64,000 nt of DNA, from NCBI GenBank assembly GCA_001599295.1, contig BCGN01000003.1, positions 1,612,001 to 1,676,000 of the forward strand, written 5' to 3'. Numbering within the stretch: position 1 is the stretch's first letter; every line of letters starts with the position of its first letter. Below the pieces are notes generated by a model. The model saw only the letters and a program-made list of their open reading frames with translations. It did not search any database and was not told the origin of the DNA. This document shows positions 33,608 through 46,423 of this stretch, piece by piece. A program made the translations under genes and the position numbers. The stretch comes from Sporopachydermia quercuum (taxonomy: Eukaryota).

Positions 33608-36594
33608 TGTGATTACTCAATTTAGTGCTTTCTTTTTCTTCACTCTTCAATTTCTCTCGTTGGACCTCTTGCAATAATAAAATGAACCAATTTTCAAGCC
33701 AATTTCCTCTAACTCTTGCCAACCAGGGCTTTTCGATCCCCTTGTGATTCAAATCACTTTATATATCTCTACTTCTTCGACTATTACTTCTGTGCGGATA
33801 GGAAAAATTTTCACTAGAGCTGATGATTCCTTTACTGTATCATCAAGTGCACACTGTAATTCAAAAATATGGTCTAAACTTCTTTCACACTTAAATTCTC
33901 CCTCGCCGATAAAATCTCTTTTGAAAGCTTTCCTCTTCTATTCCTTTTAATATTTCCAGAATGGATATGAACACTTGCTCTTTCTTCTCACCGAAAATCA
34001 CTATTCTCTTTAAAAGCCAACAAACGAATGTCACAAGCGGTAGTTATTATCCCACACGACTGAATAAAATGAATGAGTGACAAAATAAATAATATCAAAA
34101 GAAATACCTTAAAAAATATAAATCGAAAAAAAGTACCGATTCTTTTTCTATAATAAATACTTCATCTTCCTTCTTCTTTCTCTTTCTTAACAACGATAAA
34201 AACCATATACTACAACCAATGCTAACAACAATACCAAACTTTTCGTCTCAATAAAAAAAAAAATTCCTTGAGGACAAAAATTGATGGAGTAAAAATCGCA
34301 ATAGGAGATGAAACAAAAAGTTTGGGATTTCTAAAACTTTGTTTGGGTTGTGCTGGGACGAAGTTCTCAAATGAGATGAGATGTAATGTTTAATAGTATG
34401 TGAAGAGTAAAGTAGAGTTTGATATTAGTGGGACTTTAAACTGCAAGTAGTGAGATAAGGTTAGGTTTGAAGTACCTAATGAAAAATGGCAATATATGTG
34501 AAGTTGAAGAATTTAAAGTTCTATGCCTAGAAATGTGGTGAGCAAAAGTGACAATGAAAGCGGGAGNAAAAGGGAACNATTGGATACAATATGGTGACAA
34601 TAGTTGTAATACAGGAAATAATTAAAATAGCTATTGGTGCAAAATGAGTAAAATTGTGTTAAGATGATTACTTGTTTGATAATGGTTGAGAGTTTTCTTC
34701 GGTCTATTGGAGCTCAACAAAGTGATCGTTGTAGGATAACCACCACCGGTGGAATTAAATGTATTGAGTCATTTTTTCCTCCTTTTGCCCTGTGAATTAG
34801 TAGGGCGCAGAATAGAATAAAGAGATATACAGTTGTTTGAACAGAAAAGTATATTAACTGTATAGATAAAATATATAGATAGTTCTACTGAATGCTTCCA
34901 TTCGTAAAAATGGAATTTGCTTGGTGATTTCTTTGTTTCTTTGTTACATTGTAGTAATTAAGGGCTATTCAGAAGTTTGAGAACAATCAATGATAAGGAC
35001 GTGAATGAGCATCGAAACTATAAATTAATTCACCAATATGTGATAACTATTAGGGTAATATCAACAATATCAACTACTAGAAGAGTTATATTTTTACAGA
35101 AAGATATAAATAGTAGTCAATATTAGTAAAAGTCAACCGAAAAGTGACTCAACATTAGTACTCATTATTCACTTTCGTGTTTCCCTGAAATCTTGTCCAG
35201 TGACTTGTAATCATATTCCATTGCAGGCAAATCAAACACATATTTCTCATTGCTTANTAGAAGAAAGTATTCAATAGGAAGCTCATAGATCTTTGACGTT
35301 TTCAAATAATCCATTCCATTACCACATAAATGATGTTTATCTTTCATAATACTGATCTACGAAATTGCGATATATTAATCAATTCGTAGGAAAAAGCACT
35401 ATACTAATAAATGGCTGTGAGATAAACTTTCTTCATGCATTTCATTGCATAACTATAACTTAAACAAGAAATCCACGCGACTTCACTTATTATTACATCA
35501 TTAAACGATAATTTTTCGCTCCGGAAATTCAGGAATAGAGAAAGAAGGACAAAGAATATTATTGAAGAGTAAGAAGTAACAGGGCTATGCAAAGAGCGAT
35601 AATAATCTAAACTCTGATAATGAAATACTTGATGATGATCTGTGGATGCTCCCGTTGTTTGAAAGAAAGTAGTTTTTAATGGGAAAACAGTAGTTGAGTG
35701 TGAGAGCCATCAAATATATAGTACTAGAATATGAATCAATAGTATTAATACTTTCTTCTGGCCTATGGAAGNAACAGAAAACATAGTTCCCTCATATTAA
35801 CTACGAAATTTCGGAGTATAAACCAGGGTTATCATTAATTCAAAATTGACCCTGAACTTGGCATTCTGAAGAATCTATACCCAGAAGGAAATGTTTTTTA
35901 TTCATAGTAGATGTCCATGCATCTCGATGCAAACTAATGTATGCTCAACATGGTTGAAAGATCCGTCCTTTGCTTCCAAGGTAAAATGAGTTATTAGTAC
36001 GATGGCACGGAAAAAATCGATTTAATTAAAGTGTATTCATTACCAGAGACATAGAAAACTATATCAATGTACTCTGAATGGTAAATTGTTTTTNAACAAC
36101 AGACTACATTTCGCTGTAGGATCTACAATGTGGCATNAATGATCTATATGTGACACNGGTTTTCTTTTAAACTGGGTATTCACTGATATTGGACCCAACT
36201 TAATACATTCATCTATAAAATTGAATTATCCTCATTGTAAAATCCATCCTTACAGCTAAATGAATATCTATAATATCTTTCACTACTTATCACAGTTCCT
36301 TCCTCTACTTTCAAGCAAGTCTGATACTCTCAGGGANCAGTAGTCTCGTTTGGTTGAACGAGTGACTGGGATGAGATTTAAAGCTGCACAGACGTCTCAC
36401 TACTTACGGCGACTATCTTGCATTTAGAACTAAGAATTTACAGAATCTCAAGCAAGTTTGATAAAATAGTTTAATTATATTGATCATACCTAATCTGATT
36501 ATCCGACCGTTTCCTACCCATTATATATTTTTTTTGAAACCCACATTTATTGGGTAGTACCGCTGCATGTATCCCACACACAGTAAGGCTTCTC

Positions 36595-37719
36595 TTAACC
36601 TCTAATACAAACTGGATCTTCTCCACTGGCAATATTACATTGATGCATTAATCTCTTTTCGCCAGGTGCAAATTGACCAGTTACAGAGTGTAAAACACCT
36701 CTGTTGTAGAAAAGAACTAGATCCCCCTCATTCCAATCATGAGCATAAACTCTTTCTGGTGAGATGGCGGGTCTCATCATTCCATGAACGATGTCTCTAG
36801 CTTTCTCAAGCTCAATAACTTCTCCGTTTTCTCTCTCTAACTTCCATACGCAACAACCATGGACTTGTAAATGATGTTTACCTGTAACAGGATTAGTCCA
36901 TACCATAGGGAGACGCTTGATTTTACTTTCCTCCCACTCAGGTAATTCGTCAAGTGACATTTCTTTATCTTCACTCACCATAGTGAGTCCATCTGAAGTT
37001 GCTTTGGCAGGAGAAATGAAGATATATGGATGTGGAGCATAAACAGCAGTTGTGGTTAGAGCAAATTCTTTATCTTCATCACTAAGAAGATCAAATGCTT
37101 CAGCACCTGAAAAAAATGCTGTTGCAGCTTGAGCTAATTCTAGTTCTTCATTAGTGTCCTCATACTTGATCTTCATTCTTCTTCCCTTTGGTACATTGAT
37201 TCCCAATAATGAGGTGACCACAGGGGGCGATAAACCATATAATGCACTATCAATATGCCATCTATAGTATCTAGTATAGCCTTCATCTTTCTGTTCTTGA
37301 CTCAATACATCTTTATGGAATGTGTCATGCGTAGGATGAGTTAATTGAACTTCATCAAGTCCTTCATGGTTATAGTGAACACCTTGTCCAAGAATTTGAA
37401 CTTGAGGCTGTGATGGAACAGACTTGCCATCCTTTTTCAATACTGATTTCTCATGTCTGAATTCCTTTGCATGACCATAAGCACCAGAACTTGTAGTGGG
37501 ATCAAATCTTTGGGTTAGCCTCCATTGAGAGTTTGGAGGTAACGAGGCTTGATTAGGGATAACTAAAACCAGATGCTTATGCAAAGCCTCATACAGAGCT
37601 TTGAAGTCTGTATCGTTTAATTGAGAAGGATCATTGATTGATTCCGGTAAATTGACCACAGCACCGAAGGAACGTCCTTTCAATGGTGTGACAGTGATAG
37701 TTGGAGCTTGACTTGGCAT
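36595..37719 (-). CDS. xanA: Fe(II)/alpha-ketoglutarate-dependent xanthine dioxygenase (XanA/Xan1, TauD family)
   Basis: RYYRWHIDSALY (HxD), YAPHPYI, MVWTNPVTG..HLQVH, HDW..GDLVLFYNRGVLHSV, RLMHQCN motifs characteristic of XanA. Confidence 0.88.
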   Translation of the reverse strand: MPSQAPTITVTPLKGRSFGAVVNLPESINDPSQLNDTDFKALYEALHKHLVLVIPNQASLPPNSQWRLTQRFDPTTSSGAYGHAKEFRHEKSVLKKDGKSVPSQPQVQILGQGVHYNHEGLDEVQLTHPTHDTFHKDVLSQEQKDEGYTRYYRWHIDSALYGLSPPVVTSLLGINVPKGRRMKIKYEDTNEELELAQAATAFFSGAEAFDLLSDEDKEFALTTTAVYAPHPYIFISPAKATSDGLTMVSEDKEMSLDELPEWEESKIKRLPMVWTNPVTGKHHLQVHGCCVWKLERENGEVIELEKARDIVHGMMRPAISPERVYAHDWNEGDLVLFYNRGVLHSVTGQFAPGEKRLMHQCNIASGEDPVCIRG

Positions 37720-37771
37720 TTTTATATAAAATTTCTAAGATTGTCTCTTAGTTCGACTAGTGTTTATCGCA

Positions 37772-38824
37772 GATAAGATGTTGTAGANCAGTAATAAAAG
37801 TAATTTGATTGTTTCAGAAGTTACTGTTGATTTATTGTAATGATGATTTGTGATAATGAAACTACAAAAAACTAATTTTCTTTTTCTCCCCAAGCAAAAC
37901 AATATCTCAAACATAGGACTTATCGATGATTTATATACCTTTTCTCATCTCATATATATCAAGACTTTGATAAACAAATATGATATCATCATAGGAAACC
38001 AAAGACAGTGCGGCTTCTAGTACTTGCCATGGGTTTTCTAATCAATTTCACTTGAAATGAGTCTTTCCAGTAAAGATCAGGAATTTCCACCGCGGAGCAA
38101 AGATTTAGTGAAATGGGGAAACCCGAACCATAAAAGATTCTCATACAAATAAAATTAAGATTAGAAATGGAATTCCGCGGCACCGCGGAACAATAGTAAA
38201 GAAAAGAGATAAAGTTTGCATCTTTGATACGCTGCACCGATTTGTCCAATATTAGGTATATGGTCGTTATCTACTGTCTCTTATGGTTGAATTAAGACAG
38301 AAGAATGTCTTACCTGGGATTAAACTGAAAGAGTGGATCAAGATAAGACCAGTTGACGAACAACTGGGGTATAAAAGGTAATAAACGATAAGCCATGATT
38401 AACCATGACTCTGATTGATCGTAGTAAGAATATATTAAAATTATCATATCTCTGAAATCTGGACTAAATAAGTTGAAAGTTACGATTAGAAACCTGTCAA
38501 GTCAGATAAGTTTCCTTATTACGTGGGCTTGCAATAGTAATGAACTTTTTAGACATATGTACGGTTATGCACTATCTCAATGACCTGACTTAATTATTTC
38601 TCTAAGCTTTGGACACTGAAGACCAGACAGAACGGACCATCTTATTCTCTCTGGAATTATTCTAACTAGTTACTAGTCTCAAATTCTTGAGATCAATCAT
38701 CTTTTAAAGTTTCTTCTTGATGCATGATTTATGCAAGATCTAAATTATCTCTCCTATTTCAGAAACTTCCCAATCATTTCTTCACTATTTTTTAAAGCTT
38801 CTCTTACTAATCCAATCACTTATC
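37772..38824. promoter_or_regulatory. xanA upstream region: six GATAAG/CTTATC sites and a CCGCGG inverted repeat
   Basis: GATA sites at 37772, 37919, 38342, 38387, 38505, 38819; TTCCGCGG-CA-CCGCGGAA at 38173-38190. Confidence 0.55.
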
Positions 38825-39808
38825 AACCTAGAATTTATATTAGTATTACCAAAAGTTTAGGATAGTTTAAAATTATCTCTAATTGATATTCATTCAAGTT
38901 TTATTGAACAAAAATTCACATTTTACCATCAAATGCTCTCGTATTGTTCATCCAAAATATCCTCGCAAATATCAAGTTGAACATTACATGTCAATAGTTA
39001 TCATTACCTAATTAGGTAGTCAAACCGGTTTTTCTCCCTGGCAGTGAAGAAGTGAGAAGAAAGAAACAATGGAGTAAATGACTACGTAGAAAAAATATTA
39101 GTCATATACTCACCCTAATTTTCCTCCATAGCTCATTAAGATCTCATCGTTTCTATTGAAATCGCTTCATTACTTCTTACAAGTTAAAAATGCTTACTCA
39201 TATGGAGTAAGTGCGAATCCAGTGTTAAGAGCTAAGCGACATTTAGAGCGAATAATTAATCGTACTTACTGAAGCAGACAGCAGCAGACCCTTCCTCTGC
39301 CATCTAGATTATTGAACGATCTATTGATTCTACTATAACAAAAAAATCAAACCGGATCAGTTGATTAATACAACTCCATTGATACCTTCATTTTCCTTTA
39401 TACTTTCTCCCATGGTGTTGTATATTCCTTTCATTTTCAACCTCAATTCCCAAATATTTGTTCCATAATAATAAACTTTCTGGTTAAAGTTTCAATCTTA
39501 ATTCCTTTATATAAATGTCAATCCACCTGAAGGTAAAAGTTGATCCCTATCCATCACTTACAATATTTTCTTCAACAAAAAATAGGAAGACTTTTCTCAA
39601 TATAAATTGGTATAACTCAAAACTAGTTAATCTTCCGGGGTAAGTTTTAAGGGAAATCAATAAAACCTCCTTTTTTTTTACTACAAGATCGTCTACTCTA
39701 TATCCTTCTTTCTACTGCTCGTAAAGTAAGAGAAGAAAAACTTTCATCTGCCTGATCCATCAAAAAATCTGTTAGTACCTTTCTACCATTATATTCACAG
39801 TATTTACA

Positions 39809-41494
39809 ATGTCAGAAACCATTGCATTAAAAGATTTGAAACATCCTTCTTTAGCCCATAGGAAACCAAGCATAGCTCAATGCGATATTGAGGGAGCAGC
39901 TCCATTGTCGCCAAAACTCTCAATAGCTTCAAGAGCCCATTCATATGACCGTTTACATGATTTAGCTAATTCTGGAGGAAATACCCCATCTGAAGAACTT
40001 GGAATCAATATTTATGAGCAACTACTTGATCAACATCAATACAACTCTCAATCGCGAATCTTAACCCAGGCCAGAACAACAGGTGCTAATAATGAAAACA
40101 ATGAAATAACAAACGTAATCACTGGAAATAACAATAATAATGAAGGAGGTCCGGGTGATCTTACATTAAAGAATCCTTTTTCTAATACTTATAGATATAT
40201 TGTTGCATGTTGCTGGGTTTTTTCCTTAGGGTTCAATGATGGTGCTCCGGGTGCTTTGCTACCTTATCTTGAAGAGTACTATCATATTGGTTATGCCGTA
40301 GTTTCACTCATTTGGTTAGGAAATTCACTGGGATTCATTGCAATTGCATTTCTATCGCATTATTTCAATAAGAAGCTAGGTAGACATAAAATGGTAACAT
40401 TAGGAGTAGTTTTCATGATCATAATGTACGTTATCATAGCATGCACACCACCGTTTGCTTTGGTTTGTATTGGATTTTTCTTTGGTGGACTAGGTATGGC
40501 TACATCTCTTTCCCAGCTCAATATCTTCATATCTTCATTAAAAAATTCCCACGCTTTGCTAGGATATTTCCATGGCACCTACGGCATAGGGGCAACGGTA
40601 GCACCATTGATTTCTACAGCTATGGTGACTAGAGGTATTGTTTGGTCTCGTTACTATATTATTTTATTAGGAATAAGTGTGCTCAATACTGTTCTCATGT
40701 TCTTATCATTTCTTCATGTTGATAGAGATTTAGCTCCTTGGGAAGAACAGCAGCCAAGTCAACGAGATAATGTAGTTGAATTGAACCCCAATGATAATGT
40801 TTATGATATTGTCAGTGTTTATTCAAGGTCTCAAGGTCAGAAACCAAAACTTGGTTCAGCATTAGAGAGTGATGTTAAAGCAGCTTTAAAAGACTGGAGA
40901 ACTTGGTGTATTTCTCTTTTTACTATGTTTTATCAAGGGGGTGAAGTTGCATTAGGTGGTTGGATTGTTACATTTTTATTAGACTATAGAGATGGACCAG
41001 CCGACTCAGTTGGTTATGTTGCTTCAGGATTTTGGGTTGGTTTGACTCTTGGTCGGTTTATTTTGACTACGCCGTGTTCTTGGATTGGATGTCGTAGGAG
41101 TGTTTTTCTATTGATTTTCGCAGTCATGATTCTTGAGCTACTTACCTGGTTAGTGCCAAATGTTATTTCTGCAGCATTTACTGTATCGCTTGCAGGTGTA
41201 TTTTTGGGACCTATTTATCCTTTATTGATTACACTTATCGTTCGCATTTTACCAAGGAAAATCCAAATTGTATCATTGACGATCATGACAGCATTTGGTT
41301 CAACAGGTGGAGCATTATTTCCTTTTATTGTCGGTTTGATTTCTCAAATGAGAGGTGCTTTCATTGTTCATCCTGTAGTTTTGGCTATTCAGGTATGCAT
41401 GATATTTTTTTGGGCAGCTTTACCAAATATAGAGCGTAAAACTTTTCATTATAATGGTTCAAAGGCAGTTAGATTGTGGGAAAAGTTTTGGTAA
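39809..41494 (+). CDS. BSC6: MFS transporter, Bsc6-like
   Basis: GFNDGAPGALLPYLEEYYHIGYAVVSLIW, HGTYGIGATVAP, YQGGEVALGGWIVTFL, ASGFWVGLTLGR. Confidence 0.8.
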   Translation: MSETIALKDLKHPSLAHRKPSIAQCDIEGAAPLSPKLSIASRAHSYDRLHDLANSGGNTPSEELGINIYEQLLDQHQYNSQSRILTQARTTGANNENNEITNVITGNNNNNEGGPGDLTLKNPFSNTYRYIVACCWVFSLGFNDGAPGALLPYLEEYYHIGYAVVSLIWLGNSLGFIAIAFLSHYFNKKLGRHKMVTLGVVFMIIMYVIIACTPPFALVCIGFFFGGLGMATSLSQLNIFISSLKNSHALLGYFHGTYGIGATVAPLISTAMVTRGIVWSRYYIILLGISVLNTVLMFLSFLHVDRDLAPWEEQQPSQRDNVVELNPNDNVYDIVSVYSRSQGQKPKLGSALESDVKAALKDWRTWCISLFTMFYQGGEVALGGWIVTFLLDYRDGPADSVGYVASGFWVGLTLGRFILTTPCSWIGCRRSVFLLIFAVMILELLTWLVPNVISAAFTVSLAGVFLGPIYPLLITLIVRILPRKIQIVSLTIMTAFGSTGGALFPFIVGLISQMRGAFIVHPVVLAIQVCMIFFWAALPNIERKTFHYNGSKAVRLWEKFW

Positions 41495-41768
41495 GTTATA
41501 ATGTAATCATGTACAATTGTAATATTAGTTTTATGTAATGCCAGTGTTCTAGGTATTTAGCTATATATAGATCTATCGTATCAGTACACTATTATCATAA
41601 AAGGACACGACCAATAATTGTATGGTAAAGCAGTGTGCTTCCCTATGAGATTATTATTTGCAAATAAGGCAAAATTAGTATTGATTCATATATACATGCT
41701 AAAATCATGTTGGAATACTACACATGGTAACCTGATTAATCATCCAAAAAATCCATAGAAGAGAGCCC

Positions 41769-42440
41769 TCAGAAAAGAACACCCTTCGTGCTTGGAACAT
41801 CATTTGATCCAGTAAGCCTAATTGACTCCTTAATAGCCAAAGCTAATGATTTGAACGCACTTTCAGCTCTATGATGGTCGTTAAAACCTCTGATACAATC
41901 AACATGAACAGTAATTAATGCACTTGTAGCAAAACTTTCAAGCACATGAGGAATCATCTCGCAACTCAAATCACCTATTTTCTCTCTTTTCAGCCCTAAG
42001 TCAATTGTTGCATAGGGTCTGTTACTTATATCGACAACTGACCTCGACAAAGCTTCGTCTAGTGGAGCATATGCATAACCAAATCTCTTGATACCTTTAG
42101 CTGTCCCTAGTGCTTGGTGGAAAGCTTGACCTAATGCAATAGCAACGTCCTCCGCCGAATGATGATCATCAATATGAAGATCACCAATACATTCTAAAAC
42201 AAGACTCCAACCTGAATGCTTAGCTAAAGCATGAAGCATATGATCTAGAAAACCAACACCTGTATTGATAGATATGACTTGGGTGGATGAGTTTTGACTG
42301 GCAACTATATCTGAGCCATCTTGCTTTCCGAATAAAGACTTTTCAAGCTTCACTGGACCACCATCTAACGATAAAGCAAGCTGAATTTTGGTTTCGTTGG
42401 TGATACGGCTTATAGTAGCAGTTCTCATTTTTGAATCCAT
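41769..42440 (-). CDS. HIS3: Imidazoleglycerol-phosphate dehydratase, 223 aa
   Basis: [46 protein letters not shown] at 42440. Confidence 0.98.
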   Translation of the reverse strand: MDSKMRTATISRITNETKIQLALSLDGGPVKLEKSLFGKQDGSDIVASQNSSTQVISINTGVGFLDHMLHALAKHSGWSLVLECIGDLHIDDHHSAEDVAIALGQAFHQALGTAKGIKRFGYAYAPLDEALSRSVVDISNRPYATIDLGLKREKIGDLSCEMIPHVLESFATSALITVHVDCIRGFNDHHRAESAFKSLALAIKESIRLTGSNDVPSTKGVLF

Positions 42441-42742
42441 AGTGTATAAAATATAACAGTTGGGATTATTTTCTATGGTGATGTACCTTAATGCAATGAT
42501 GGTCTGCGATGATAGTAGGATATGAGTGGGTNGAACAAGGATTTTTTTCACCGTTGATTTTTCCTCTAGTTGCTATTAAATAGCTTTTGACGTATATCAA
42601 ATACAAGTTGAAGATTCCCCAATGAGTACATGCAAGAAGATATGAATAATCTTATTTTTTCCCGGTAAAACGACGATAAAGAATGTTCTATAAGCATAGG
42701 CAAAAGCAGCGCAAGAATAGTAAAGTATTCAGAAGCCACAAA

Positions 42743-42774
42743 TGACTAACAAAATGTTAAATTGAACCGGGTAA
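42743..42774. promoter_or_regulatory. HIS3 upstream: Gcn4-like TGACTAA and Reb1 CCGGGTAA
   Basis: TGACTAA 42743-42749 (one mismatch to TGACTCA); CCGGGTAA 42767-42774. Confidence 0.45.
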
Positions 42775-43349
42775 ATTTTCCATAAATGATTATGTAATAT
42801 ATAAATAGCGATTCTTATTGGTTGAAGATTAGATAGGAAGGTGTTGGAATGAATTCTTCCTTAGTGTACGATTTATTTAAAACGATAATTAGCATTATGA
42901 TTATTGTTTGATAACGGAAAAGTTGTATAGCAAAATCTTTTATTTGTATTTAATTTCCCATAATTATTCATATGTTTCTCAGGTCATAAGCCTTGATGGT
43001 TGATTGATAGTTCCTCCGCTCTTAAAGAATACTCATTATCACATGAAAGAATGCGTAAGATATATGATTTCCGAATCGGATCCAGACCCTTCAATCATCT
43101 CCGAAATTTTGGTATTATGCAAAGAACATGCCATCTGGACCGACACAAGTTGCTATTCAACCTTACAATTAACTGAACGAATTAACTCGTAGATTCCCCA
43201 ACTATTGTTCCTTATTAGCTTTCCACTATCTATTTTATCTATACTAATGAACAAACAGCAGGGTTTTTATTCCTACCTCCCAACCTCACCGAACACTGTC
43301 ATCGTCTTACTTATACTTTCATACGAAAGCAATTGAACTATTGTATTTT

Positions 43350-44744
43350 TCAAATAACCAAATTCTCATGAATCCAATGAGCAACAACTTGCTTTCCTTC
43401 ATCAAAGTTTTTATCAGGATGTCTGACAATAGCGGCCGCATGTGACATAGTTGTATTTCTGATCAAAATAGGATACTTCTCCCAATGAATGGAATTCAAA
43501 TTATAGCATATCTCAACTTGAGCTGATGATAAAATTAACTGATGCTCCTTGTGGGGCTCAGAGATTACTTCGTAGACTGATTGAATCATGTCATCTGCCT
43601 GGTCCTGCCAATCTAAAACAGGATATTGTCTTAGGAATGAATGAAGTCGTCTTTTAGAATTGATTGACTCATAGATTGAAGCAGTCAAAGTGCTGAGAGT
43701 CCATAATGGCGTGTAAATAAGAAAATAGATGAACTTGAAGACTGTTGATAGTACCGTCATCTTTTCACCATCTTTATCTTTAGGTAAACCAGGTTCTGGG
43801 GAAGGCGATCTTGAAATAACGAATGGTTTGGAAATATCAATAACAATTGGGTCATAGTTCTTGACAAAAGGGATATCCCAAATTTCTGGCGATGTAGTGG
43901 AAGAAATAGAATCAAAAGGATCAGATGTGCTTATGCCAGCAGTCCACCACGCAGTTCTTTTATCATTTATAATATTGCTATAAAGAACATGTTTTGAGAA
44001 TAGCTCAAGTGCTTTATAGAAATCCGTAGATTTCTTTCCCATGAGTTGAAGTAGAGGCATTTGTGTGGCACCGTACTTGTCTTTCAAAAACAATTGTGTA
44101 CCTGTTGCTGCTAAGGCAAACGGTGTAATCTTATTGAATAGTTTGATGGAGAAAGAAGTTCCTGGTGCAAGCACACCTAAATGAGGAGTACAGAACGTAG
44201 TGAAATTAATAGGTTGTATGGAATCAAACACCTTTTCACGATACAATACACCAATTGCAAATCTGGCTACTAATCCACCTAATGAATAACCTACAACTGA
44301 TATTTTGGTTACATTAGGCTTACCTAAGTCATCTAATTTACTGTCAGGAGATAATGGTAAATTGTTTAGTCTTTCAATTTCCATCCTGATTTCGTCTACC
44401 ACTCTCATACCGCACACATCTATCCCATCATATGTGAAATACCCTTCATTTCCTCTTGTTCTATAAACTACAAATATATCATCATCTTTTCCATTTATAG
44501 GAACAGACTCAGGGTTCTCTAGAGCTGAAGGGTATGCTTGTTTGATTTGAGATGCAATATAGTCGAAGTGTGAGGTATTACCCCATAGACTGATGAGAAT
44601 GTTAGTGAATGAAATAAACAGAACAAAGAGACTAAAAATTTTATGTAGATTTAATGATGATCTGAACCAGTAATACTAAAGGAAATCTGCTAGATAGAAC
44701 ATAACAACATACCCATGAACAAGAACAAGGAGATGATAATTCAT
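43350..44744 (-). CDS. DUF676 alpha/beta-hydrolase (Lpl1/Rog1-family putative lipase), 423 aa, 2 exons (44713-44744, 43350-44589)
   Basis: Splicing intron 44590-44712 (GTATGT, CACTAAC 44601-44607, CAG) restores MNYHLLVLVHG|LWGN; TYDGID, nucleophile GYSLGG, TPHLG, SHAAAIVR. Confidence 0.9.
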
Positions 44745-46330
44745 CACAAACAATCAGATCTGATCTATCAATTGACCCGTCTATAGCAATCTATAACTAC
44801 GTTGTATACAGCAGGTATTATCAATATATGAACTATCCTGCAAAACAAATATAATAATTCTCTTCTCAATAAGCTGTAATGTAATTTTGTCTCTGTCTTT
44901 TTCTACCGATGTTGTCCCAACCAAGCCAGGCACTTTCCTTTTGGTTTACCTATTGCTGATTCACCATAAGGAAATAAATTCAATTGTAGATAACAACTTA
45001 TTAGTAAAGTCAACACTAAAAGAACTGCCTGCTACTCAAAATGTCTTATAGCTTATGCTAAAATAGTATATTACAAACTGCAAGTTATACGTCTTTCAGC
45101 ACGAAGAAAACTTGTTGTACACTTTGTAATCAATCGATCCTGGGAATCTATTATTTATATGTTAATTAGCAGCTCCTATCTGACTTTCTGAGGAATTCTT
45201 TCTTATCTTAAAGTGGACTACTAAATTGGGCAATGAATCATTGAAACTCCGCTTAAAGAGTTACTCCACTAGCGAATCCAATAGCATACGCGCATGATCG
45301 TGCATATTGATAGGTTGATAAGGAATTGTTTGGAAAGATGATTCTTCGTGGATACTGAAATTATTGATTATATGATGGTTAGATGAAGAATTAGTAGTCA
45401 ATAGAGTAGGGAACTAAATCAAATGAACATGAATTGAAATAAATGATAATGGTAGGATTACCTACTGCATACATGCAGGTAGTTTCAATAGTTCAGCCTA
45501 TTTTTTTCCGTTAATTTATCGGATTTAGAGAGCATCAATTAAAGTTCAAAACTGAATTCCGATACGCTCGAAGTCCATAGCGAGATGAAAGGGGGGAGCG
45601 AAGGCTGATTTGGGTCTCCTGACAGCTGATGAAGAGATTCTAGCTCCTTGCTTGTTTGGGCTTCAGGCGGACTTGAAGCATAATTTTTCTCCTATGCCAT
45701 GAACACCGAACCTAGGGTTTAATATATGTATATATTGATTATACTCGGCTCTCGAAGAGTGTATATGGATTATATCTTGTAGACCAACATGTAGTTATGC
45801 TCTCTGGACATCTCATTCAATGAAGAAACTGACAGTAAAGTTTTCCTTCTTTAACTAGAACTCCTTTACTCTTATTTGATCTAGTCTCCCCTGTCAGTTA
45901 ATTAAAAAAATATAAAATATAAAATATGAGATGTAAAAAAAACAGAACATGTAATTAAACGACATCAGTAAACTGGGTTCCTCTTTTCATTCATTAATGA
46001 AACATGAACTTTTTGGGATTCATATTTACCGACTACCTAATCATTTAATAGTCAGTCTGAAATATACCAACTAAATACTTTTGCTGGTACATTCCAGCAC
46101 TATAATTCCCTCCTTGCAACAAAATTTCATCGATTTCTTCGTTGTATGTTTCTTTCTTCTTCATTAACTGACTTTCACTAATATCGGAGGAAACAATTGG
46201 TTTTCATTATATCATTAAATCAAAGCAGAAGTAGTTTATCATCTGTTTGTTTATAAGTTACATAATCAGCAATAAAACTTTTTCCTTTCTTTATACTAAT
46301 CAAAATGTCTTCCAACTAATTATCCTTGAC

Positions 46331-46423
46331 ATGACTATGATGAGTAACTATACAACTACGAATTTCTTCACCTGAACAATCATGTGGATTCAGTATTTTC
46401 AGAGCTTTTTAACCCTGAGTCAT
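46331..46423 (+). ncRNA. SNR47: Box C/D snoRNA snR47 homologue, double guide (25S Am2220 and 18S Am619 in S. cerevisiae numbering)
   Basis: Box C ATGATGA 46337-43; guide GAATTTCTTCAC 46360-71 complementary to 25S GUGAAGAAAUUC then D' CTGA 46372-75; guide GAGCTTTTTAAC 46402-13 complementary to 18S GUUAAAAAGCUC then D CTGA 46415-18; terminal stem ATGACT/AGTCAT. Confidence 0.93.

Noticed and set aside
41492..41506. Stop-codon readthrough at the BSC6-like gene
   Set aside because: TAA in a non-leaky context with another in-frame TAA four codons later.
45560..45700. Hairpin plus AATTTTT as an snRNA or telomerase RNA Sm site
   Set aside because: The U-tract is followed by C rather than G, and no snRNA 5' motif or template is identifiable.
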